Both the position numbers and the translations under genes were made by a program. This document shows, in pieces, positions 27,862 through 35,035 of a stretch of DNA of 64,000 nucleotides (position 1 is its first letter; the number at the start of each line of letters is the position of its first letter). The notes under the pieces are model-generated. The model was not told the DNA's origin. It made no database searches and worked only from the letters and a program-made list of their open reading frames with translations. Source of the stretch: an uncultured Sphingomonas sp. (lineage in GTDB: Bacteria; Pseudomonadota; Alphaproteobacteria; Sphingomonadales; Sphingomonadaceae); NCBI GenBank assembly GCA_964448315.1, contig CAYUWJ010000044.1, positions 15,636-79,635 of the forward strand, given 5' to 3'.

Positions 27862-29145
27862 ATGGCAAAGTTCCGCGATGTTTACGGCAACTCGGCCCAG
27901 ACCGGTTACACGATCGATTTTTTCACGCTGAACGCACCTGGAGCTAAAAACGCCTTTTTGGCCTGTCCCTTCTTCTCAACTTATGAGCCCGTCCGGAATT
28001 TGACCGAACGGGGCTGCGAGGTCCGGCTGCTCGTCAGGCTCTGCTCGATCACACCGCCGCCGGTCCTCAGGGAAGCGCTCAGTGATCGTCTGGTGACCAT
28101 CCGCTATTTCACCAGCCGGGAGTTCCACGCCAAGCTCTATATCGTTGATGACAATGCGCTGATCGGCTCCGCCAACCTCACCGTCTCGGGGCTTAACACC
28201 AACCGCGAGGTCTCAGTCGTCCTCAATCGCGAGCGGGATGCCTGCTTTGAGGAACTCCCCGGACTGTTCAACTGGTTCTGGGACTACGCCGACGTACTAA
28301 ACGAGGAAGTTCTCCAGGCGTATACCCTCGCGTTCCGCTCCATCGGCAGGCCGACCGAGGAGGCACAGTTTGAGAAGGAGCTGGGCCGGCATGTGCCGCT
28401 CGTCGCACCGCCCAGCGCGAAGGTCGGCAGCGACATTGTGTCAGCGAAGCGGTCGTTTCTCCAGAGCCTGCGCCGGAAATATGACGAGCAGCTGCTGCCC
28501 GCTTATGATGAGGTCCGAACTCAGTTCACGGCTGATGGCAGGCGCCGAGCCGAATATGGCGCCGGGGACCCGGAAATTGAAATCAACCGCTTTCTCGGGT
28601 GGAGTCGGCTGGTGCATGCACCTGGTGACAGCTGGAAGCAGACACCGCTGACTGACGGCGATGCGCGCGCTCTGAGAGTTCAGGCCATGATCGATGGCTG
28701 GCATTCAGCCGCGACCGTCGGCGCCGGAGACATGGTTGACGAGGACAGCGAGGTGGAGAAGATCGAGCGGCTGCGCTCCACTTTCAGCACGGCTGAAGGG
28801 ATCCGCGCGCTCGGTTACGACGATCTTTTCGACACGCTGACCTCCTGTCATGCATTTCTTGAGCTGCTCCGGTTCGTCAGCGGCGGGCTGAGCGGTCTTC
28901 GCAAGGACTTTGCCGAGCGCAACTCACTCAGCCGCATCCAGAACACGCTCGTGCATCTGCTGCACGGGCAAGGTACCTCGCTGGAACGTGCCTACGACTG
29001 CATCTTCAGCGAAAAGTACAAGCTGGGCAGGTTCGGAGAGTCCTGCGTAATGGAACTCATTGGGTGGATGGACCCGAAGCGCCCGCCGATCAACGGCCGG
29101 ACGATCAAGGCACTCCGCTTCTTCGGCTACGATGTGTCCGACTGA
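27862..29145 (+). CDS. single-HKD phospholipase D-family (Nuc-like) protein with a helical C-terminal domain
   Basis: One HKD motif, FHAKLYIVDDNALIGSANLTVSGLNTN. Starts 9 nt after the previous stop. 427 aa. Confidence 0.8.
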   Translation: MAKFRDVYGNSAQTGYTIDFFTLNAPGAKNAFLACPFFSTYEPVRNLTERGCEVRLLVRLCSITPPPVLREALSDRLVTIRYFTSREFHAKLYIVDDNALIGSANLTVSGLNTNREVSVVLNRERDACFEELPGLFNWFWDYADVLNEEVLQAYTLAFRSIGRPTEEAQFEKELGRHVPLVAPPSAKVGSDIVSAKRSFLQSLRRKYDEQLLPAYDEVRTQFTADGRRRAEYGAGDPEIEINRFLGWSRLVHAPGDSWKQTPLTDGDARALRVQAMIDGWHSAATVGAGDMVDEDSEVEKIERLRSTFSTAEGIRALGYDDLFDTLTSCHAFLELLRFVSGGLSGLRKDFAERNSLSRIQNTLVHLLHGQGTSLERAYDCIFSEKYKLGRFGESCVMELIGWMDPKRPPINGRTIKALRFFGYDVSD

Positions 29146-29365
29146 ATTTATGGGACCTGATCTGCGGCGCAGTTAGCCAAGCGTCCGGCAGGCCATTCTC
29201 GCACTCAGGGTGCCTGCCGGCGAGCTACTTGACGGCCCGCGTTCCTGACGGTGTGCCCCCTGAAGCGAACCCCGTCACAATAACCGTGGATAACCTCTGG
29301 CACCGCTTGAACGGCGGGAGTCTCTGCGCCATCGTGTCAGGAAGAGTCCCAGCGGAGCTTCTCCT

Positions 29366-30604
29366 GTGCCCGACCGCCACTTGCCCTTCTCCGCCGCCTT
29401 CGCTCGATCCGGGATGTCGATGCCCGAGGCGGAACAGCGGCTGGGGGTGTCGGAGCGACAGATCCACCGCTACCTGTCCGGTGAATGCCCGCCGCCTAAG
29501 CTGGTCGATGAAAAGGTCCGCGAGATCGCAGGTGCCCGCAGTGCCGATCGGCCGGAGTCCGCATTTCGATTCATAGATCTGTTTGCCGGCATCGGCGGGC
29601 TGCGGCTGGGGTTCGAAGGCATCGGCGGCCGCTGCGTCTTCACCAGTGAATGGGACCGGTTCGCTCAGAAGACCTATCTCCGGAATTTCGCTGATGATGA
29701 CGACCACGTTATGACGGGCGACATCCGACCTTACGGCGCCGCCCCATCAAAGATTCCCGAGTTCGACGTTCTGCTCGCGGGCTTTCCGTGTCAGCCGTTC
29801 TCGCTGGCAGGTGTGTCCAAGAAGAACTCGCTCGGCCGGCTGCACGGCTTCGAGGACGAAAAGCAGGGCAACCTGTTCTTCGAGATCGAACGGATCCTGA
29901 GGCATCACCGGCCGCCCGCTTTCCTGCTCGAGAATGTGAAGCACCTCACTCGGCACGACAAAGGCAATACCTTCGAGGTGATCCGCCGAACGCTTGAAGA
30001 CGACCTGGGCTACGCAATTGATTACCGAATCATCAGTTCCGCACCGTGGGTGCCACAGAACCGTGAGCGCATCTTCATCGTCGGCTTCCGTCAGGACGTG
30101 GGCTTCTGTTTCGATGGGTTTGACGCTGTCATTCCGGAAGAGAAAAACTGGCCGCGGCTCGGCTCGATCCTTCAGAGCCACAATGAGGTCGATTCAAAAT
30201 ACACATTGACCCCAAAGCTCTGGGAGTACCTTCAGGCCTACCGCGCCAAGCATGAGAAAGCCGGCAACGGGTTCGGATACAGTCTTTTCGGAAAGGACGG
30301 GGTCACCCGCACCCTTTCAGCCCGTTACCACAAAGACGGGTCGGAGATACTGATTGAACAGAAGGACGCCCGCCCCCGCCGCCTCACGCCCACCGAGTGC
30401 GCGCGGCTGATGGGGTTTGAGCATGGGGAGCGCGCGTGGAATACCAGCGCGGTCTCCGACACCCAGGCATACCGCCAGTTTGGCAACGCCGTGGTGGTTC
30501 CCGTCGTTGAAGCGATCGCGCGCTACATGGAGCCGTCGCTGAAGAAGATGCTCGACATCGATCGAAAGGAGCGGAGTGGGACGAAGCGGCGAAAGGTTGC
30601 GTAA
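29366..30604 (+). CDS. dcm: DNA cytosine-5 methyltransferase, Dcm-like, with an N-terminal HTH
   Basis: FRFIDLFAGIGGLRLGFEGIGGRCVFTSEWD, DVLLAGFPCQPFSLAGVSKKNSLGRLHGF, FLLENVKHL, RRLTPTECARLMGFE and SDTQAYRQFGNAVVVPV are near-colinear with E. coli Dcm as I remember it. The start may be ATG at 29414. Confidence 0.92.
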   Translation: MPDRHLPFSAAFARSGMSMPEAEQRLGVSERQIHRYLSGECPPPKLVDEKVREIAGARSADRPESAFRFIDLFAGIGGLRLGFEGIGGRCVFTSEWDRFAQKTYLRNFADDDDHVMTGDIRPYGAAPSKIPEFDVLLAGFPCQPFSLAGVSKKNSLGRLHGFEDEKQGNLFFEIERILRHHRPPAFLLENVKHLTRHDKGNTFEVIRRTLEDDLGYAIDYRIISSAPWVPQNRERIFIVGFRQDVGFCFDGFDAVIPEEKNWPRLGSILQSHNEVDSKYTLTPKLWEYLQAYRAKHEKAGNGFGYSLFGKDGVTRTLSARYHKDGSEILIEQKDARPRRLTPTECARLMGFEHGERAWNTSAVSDTQAYRQFGNAVVVPVVEAIARYMEPSLKKMLDIDRKERSGTKRRKVA

Positions 30605-31049
30605 GCCCACTCCGGCCCGGAGCCGCAACATGGCGGCGATCCGGTCCGCCAATACCCGACCCGAACTGATCGTCCGGAGACTGCTGCATGCGGCTGGCTT
30701 CCGTTACCGCCTGCACCGCAGGGATCTTCCGGGCACCCCGGATCTGACCTTGGCAAAGTGGAACGCCCTCATTGAGGTGCATGGCTGTTTCTTCCACGCG
30801 CATGACTGCCATCTCGTCAGAAAGCCGCCTGGCGACAACGCTGAGTTCTGGTCCAGCAAGCTGAGTGCAAACGCCGCCAGGGACCGGAGGAACGCCGAAG
30901 CTGCGGCAGCACGGGGATGGCGGCGGCTCGTTATCTGGCAGTGCGCCGTTACCGGGAAAACCCGGCTTGATCAGGGCGACCTGCTTTCCCGCATTTCCGA
31001 CTGGCTTCACGGGACGGACCGCAGCAACGAGATACGCGGGAGCGACTGA
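30576..31049 (+). CDS. vsr: very-short-patch repair endonuclease
   Basis: RSRNMAAIRSANTRPELIVRRLL...PGTPDLTL...IEVHGCFFHAHDC...FWSSKLSANAARDRR...GWRRLVIWQCA matches Vsr. Its 5' end overlaps the dcm 3' end by 29 nt in another frame. Confidence 0.9.
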   Translation: MGRSGERLRKPTPARSRNMAAIRSANTRPELIVRRLLHAAGFRYRLHRRDLPGTPDLTLAKWNALIEVHGCFFHAHDCHLVRKPPGDNAEFWSSKLSANAARDRRNAEAAAARGWRRLVIWQCAVTGKTRLDQGDLLSRISDWLHGTDRSNEIRGSD

Positions 31050-31093
31050 GCGCAGGATTGCGGCGAAGATGATGGCGCGCCATCCTGCGTGCC

Positions 31094-32437
31094 ATGCCCG
31101 TCAGTACCATCTCAGAGCTGCAGCGTCTGTTCGCCAGCCAGGAAGTCCGGACGCTCTACGTCAAACATCTCGCGCAGAACCAGGATAACGACAAGAACCA
31201 GATCTATCTGGGCAAAGGTCTCGACGGCATCCTCAATCTGTTCCCGGCAAGGATCGTCGAACGTTCAGCGAGTGAGAGCGTCGCCAAGGCCCGGTCGAGC
31301 AGCGGCAAACCGAAACTTGAAGCACTGATCGATCTCGCCTGGATGAGCCACAACGGTCCTCTGGAGCGCGTCCCGGGCGCGCGTATCATCGACTACTTCC
31401 AGTATCCGGAAGCCCGTCTCTCAGGATTTCTGACCGGGTGCGACACCGCGCCCGATGCTCTGCGCCGCACCTCGCTGGCCAAGTACGGCAAGCGGATACT
31501 GGTTCTCGGAACGGCGCCATCCGGCACCGTTGTCGGCATGGTCCTGACCCAGCGTGACGATCCGCTGGTCGGCAACTTCCCCGAACTGCCTGTGCTCGCC
31601 GCGGTGCCGGTATTCCGGGTATTGTCGACAACAGCTGCAGCCGGCGTCGCACCACTCGACCTGCTGCTTGGTGAACTGCGCGCGATCGTTGCGGCCGGAT
31701 GGCACCCGTCTGTCATCCTGAAGAGAGGCGCAGCGGGGCCGGTTCCCTTCCGTGGCAATCAGGGCGCCGGCTACACGCTCGAAGCGCTGCTCGGCGTTCC
31801 TGCCAACGCCACCAAGGCGCCCGATGCCCACGGCTATGAGATCAAGAGCTACCGCGGCAGTCGCATCAGTCTGATGACCCCGGTCCCCGACGGGGGATTT
31901 CAGGGCGAGCGCAGTTTTCGCGAGTTCATGGCGCGCTATGGTCGGCAGGCAATCAAGGGCGACGGAAGCCGTCGCTTCACTGGTCTCCATCGCGTTGGGA
32001 AGGTCTGCAGTTCCACCGGGTTTGAGCTCCGCGTGAGTGGCTATGATGCGACATCTGACAGCTTCGACGCCGATCGCGGCATCGCAGTTGAAATGATTGT
32101 CCCTGCCACCGGTGAAATCGTCGCCTCCTGGTCACTCGAGCGGCTCGCAAACTCATGGAATGCTAAGCACGCCTCCGCCCTCTACCTCTTCGCTCAGGCG
32201 CAAGATGCTGGCGGAGAAGTCCAGTATCGCTATGCCTGTGAGGCACTCATTGGCGAAGGCACGGACGTGTTCCGTCTTCTGAGGGCAATCCACACCGGTC
32301 TGGTTTATTACGATCCCGCGGACAGCGTATATGCCAACGGAACTCAAAAGGTCCGACCGCAGTGGCGGATGTCGTCGGCCAATCTCGAGCGCACGATGGG
32401 GAAGCTTTACTCGAACGTGAGGCGCGTGGCGCTTTAG
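31094..32437 (+). CDS. putative type II restriction endonuclease (MvaI/BcnI-like catalytic half, extra N-terminal domain)
   Basis: The C-terminal half, GNQGAGYTLEALLGVPANATKAPDAHGYEIKSY...ISLMTPVPDGG, fits the MvaI/BcnI (MutH-like) pattern. The N-terminal LYVKHLAQNQDNDKNQIYLGKG resembles the EcoRII N-domain motif YIKRLSANDTG...GLYIP. Position next to dcm-vsr. Confidence 0.6.
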   Translation: MPVSTISELQRLFASQEVRTLYVKHLAQNQDNDKNQIYLGKGLDGILNLFPARIVERSASESVAKARSSSGKPKLEALIDLAWMSHNGPLERVPGARIIDYFQYPEARLSGFLTGCDTAPDALRRTSLAKYGKRILVLGTAPSGTVVGMVLTQRDDPLVGNFPELPVLAAVPVFRVLSTTAAAGVAPLDLLLGELRAIVAAGWHPSVILKRGAAGPVPFRGNQGAGYTLEALLGVPANATKAPDAHGYEIKSYRGSRISLMTPVPDGGFQGERSFREFMARYGRQAIKGDGSRRFTGLHRVGKVCSSTGFELRVSGYDATSDSFDADRGIAVEMIVPATGEIVASWSLERLANSWNAKHASALYLFAQAQDAGGEVQYRYACEALIGEGTDVFRLLRAIHTGLVYYDPADSVYANGTQKVRPQWRMSSANLERTMGKLYSNVRRVAL

Positions 32438-32618
32438 TCCGCTTTGCGCCCAACTCAGACGCTTCGATGCGTTTCGGAATGCCGAGCAAAGCGGACGTTC
32501 AGTTTAGCCTCTGCGCCGCACGCGATTTCCCCGCCCGTGCGATGGCAACTGCGCTTGTCATTTCATGGTGCCTGCGCTTAACCAGCTCTGTGCCGATCGA
32601 TAGTGATGCAGGGAATGC

Positions 32619-34445
32619 GTGTTCCAGCTAACTTTCCCTTGTGACGGCACAGTAGCGCGGGCCAGCATTTCGAAAGCCATCTTGGCTTTGGGCAAGCTTC
32701 AGCTATGCCTCGTTCAGCTGGACAAGCCACCAACCCCTGTGATTGCGGGCGATAAATCGCGCGCGAACGCCGTAGCCGTGATCCGTGACCTACTCGTTGG
32801 CAACGAGGCCCAGCCGATCCCGGCTCTCCGGGAGATGAACCCTGGCAACGTAATGGCCGTCATGCTGCTTCCGGAGCTGGCGTTGGGCTCACCGGACTGG
32901 GATGCCGTCGACGCCCTTGTTCGCGCCACAGACCGGCCACTCGTCCTGATTGCAGGGTTCGGCTTTTCACCGGGAAAGAGAGTCCTCGACTGGAAAGCGG
33001 CGCAGCCGGACGAGGGGACCGTGCGTCACGTTGGCTGGGAGGAGGGCGACGATCCAAGCAGCGTGATGCTGGTCAACGGCGCCTGGTGCTGGGTGCATTT
33101 TCCCGGGGAGCAAACGCACTGCGTCGTCACCTTGAAGAACAGCCAAGAGCAAAGCATCGAAGCCGTCGAATTTGCCCATGTGCAGCAAGGCAAGACGATC
33201 CTTCACCTGCAGTTCGACGACGTCGACTTATTTCCCCTCATCTGTTCCGACATGCTTCGCCTGCCCGAGGATAATGACGCGTCGGCCCAGGCCCGGGTGC
33301 GGCGATCCATTGCAGACGAAGACGATCCGGAACGTCCTGCGCTGATCCTCGGATCGCTGCTCCAGCCGCAGTATAACCCCAATTGGGAGGTTGCGATCGA
33401 TCGAGCGGTAAGTCACAGCCTAGCGGGCAGAAAGGGCGCTGTCGCGCTTTGCAACATCGCAATCAGCAAGTCCGAGGGTGATGAGGAGGTCGACCGCTGG
33501 CGTAGCCTGACCGGCGCTTATGTGCGGCTGTCTGAGCTATCCAGGGGCCAGCGAACGCTACCCGTCTGCCGTACACTCAAAGCTCCTGCAATCTCAGGCG
33601 CAGTCGCCCGGGTCACCACGGCGAGCGTTCATTCAGGGCCCGTTGGATGGCGGCCGTTCAACGTCATGGACGAGAACTTCGTCTGGCAGGGTAAGATGAA
33701 TGCCCGGATTGGCGCCACGGGCCTGGCCTTGCCACTCAAAGCGCCGGCGGCAATCGCGGCGACCGAGCTTCTCCGCTTTCTTGATCGTTTCCCGCCAGAT
33801 CCAGGGTTCGCGCCAAGGCTGAACGACGGTGTGCAGCAGCTGGCCGAGAGAGTGGAGAGCGGGCAGCGCCCGTCAGCCGAAGTCGTGATCAATACGGTGT
33901 TGCAAGGGACGATTGGCGAGCGTGTCGATCCTGACTGCCTCCACCCGCCCGCCGTGCAACAGGCCCTCAAGGCAGGATTGAACGCTCTGGCGACGCTGAA
34001 GTCGATCGAGTCCATCGGCTGGGAGGCTAATGCGTCGCAGACGGGTCAGTTGGTGACGGAATCGGGCATGAATGTGCTAGTGTGGCGGTCACCCGGTGAA
34101 AGCGGAAAGACAATGCGAAGACGGCTGTCGGTCTGGAAGCTGACGCCACAGATTCATCCAAAGCTGGTAGTGTTCGGCAGGGGCCCGGATACGGAGCTGC
34201 CGCAGGGAGAGATCAACGACGATCGCCGCGATGATTTCACGACCGCGCCGAAATCGAGTGCGGACCTTGAGGCGGCCGGCACGCTCCAAGCCAGCAATGA
34301 TGACTTCACTGCGACTCGCGTTGTTCGGCGCGTGGCCGGGTTGCCCCTGTCGCAGGCCGCCGCCCTCTATGCTGAATATGACGCGGCGGAGGACAAGGCG
34401 AAAGTCGACGCATTACTCGCTGCGATAGACGGGGCATTCCAATGA
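32619..34445 (+). CDS. candidate effector: N-terminal carbon-nitrogen hydrolase (nitrilase-superfamily)-like domain plus an unknown C-terminal half
   Basis: 608 aa. VMLLPELALG (Glu86, codon 32874-32876), VVTLKNSQEQ (Lys173, 33135-33137) and LFPLICSDMLRLPE (Cys209, 33243-33245). The order and spacing match the nitrilase E-K-C triad. First gene of a 3-gene overlapping operon. Confidence 0.55.
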   Translation: MFQLTFPCDGTVARASISKAILALGKLQLCLVQLDKPPTPVIAGDKSRANAVAVIRDLLVGNEAQPIPALREMNPGNVMAVMLLPELALGSPDWDAVDALVRATDRPLVLIAGFGFSPGKRVLDWKAAQPDEGTVRHVGWEEGDDPSSVMLVNGAWCWVHFPGEQTHCVVTLKNSQEQSIEAVEFAHVQQGKTILHLQFDDVDLFPLICSDMLRLPEDNDASAQARVRRSIADEDDPERPALILGSLLQPQYNPNWEVAIDRAVSHSLAGRKGAVALCNIAISKSEGDEEVDRWRSLTGAYVRLSELSRGQRTLPVCRTLKAPAISGAVARVTTASVHSGPVGWRPFNVMDENFVWQGKMNARIGATGLALPLKAPAAIAATELLRFLDRFPPDPGFAPRLNDGVQQLAERVESGQRPSAEVVINTVLQGTIGERVDPDCLHPPAVQQALKAGLNALATLKSIESIGWEANASQTGQLVTESGMNVLVWRSPGESGKTMRRRLSVWKLTPQIHPKLVVFGRGPDTELPQGEINDDRRDDFTTAPKSSADLEAAGTLQASNDDFTATRVVRRVAGLPLSQAAALYAEYDAAEDKAKVDALLAAIDGAFQ

Positions 34446-35035
34446 CCGAATCAGTCCCGAACGTAGAGGGGGCTCGCATGCAGCTCGGCGACCTGTGCGA
34501 AGCCGTAGGCCTGAGGCAGGTAGCAAAGCTTCCCTTGGTCGATAATGTCGATGCTCCCCCGGAGGGTGCGACTTTATGGCAGTCGTCTTATGCCATCGTT
34601 TTGCTCTGGCCCTGCCAAGCGAATTGCCTTGACGACATTGTAGGTGCGGTTGAGCGCGGGCAAAGCTGGTTCGACCTGGTGCTTTGCGCCGAAGAGGCGA
34701 AACGGGCAGGCCGCGTGGTGGACGGCTATTTGGTGCTGGCACTATCCCAAGCACCCTCGGCAGAGGCACGGGACGATGTCCGCAGGCTCGAGCTTTCTTC
34801 GCTGATCTGCCGGAAGCATTTGATCTGGCCCTCGACACCCGACGAAAACGACCACGAGCAAGGGCTGTGGCGGCGCGTTGCTGACGTGACCGTGGTTGGG
34901 CTGCCGGAGGTCGAGGTCCCGGCTACGGGCGATCTTCACTGGCCCATACTGGACGAGGATGCAAAAGCGCAGCTCGATGAACTGCAAAGGCTGGGCGTGC
35001 AGGGCTTGGTGATCAAGGACCGGGCGGGCCAATGA
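34442..35035 (+). CDS. small middle-component protein (unknown family)
   Basis: 197 aa. The start overlaps the upstream stop (ATGA) and the stop overlaps the downstream start (ATGA at 35032-35035). Confidence 0.6.
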   Translation: MTESVPNVEGARMQLGDLCEAVGLRQVAKLPLVDNVDAPPEGATLWQSSYAIVLLWPCQANCLDDIVGAVERGQSWFDLVLCAEEAKRAGRVVDGYLVLALSQAPSAEARDDVRRLELSSLICRKHLIWPSTPDENDHEQGLWRRVADVTVVGLPEVEVPATGDLHWPILDEDAKAQLDELQRLGVQGLVIKDRAGQ

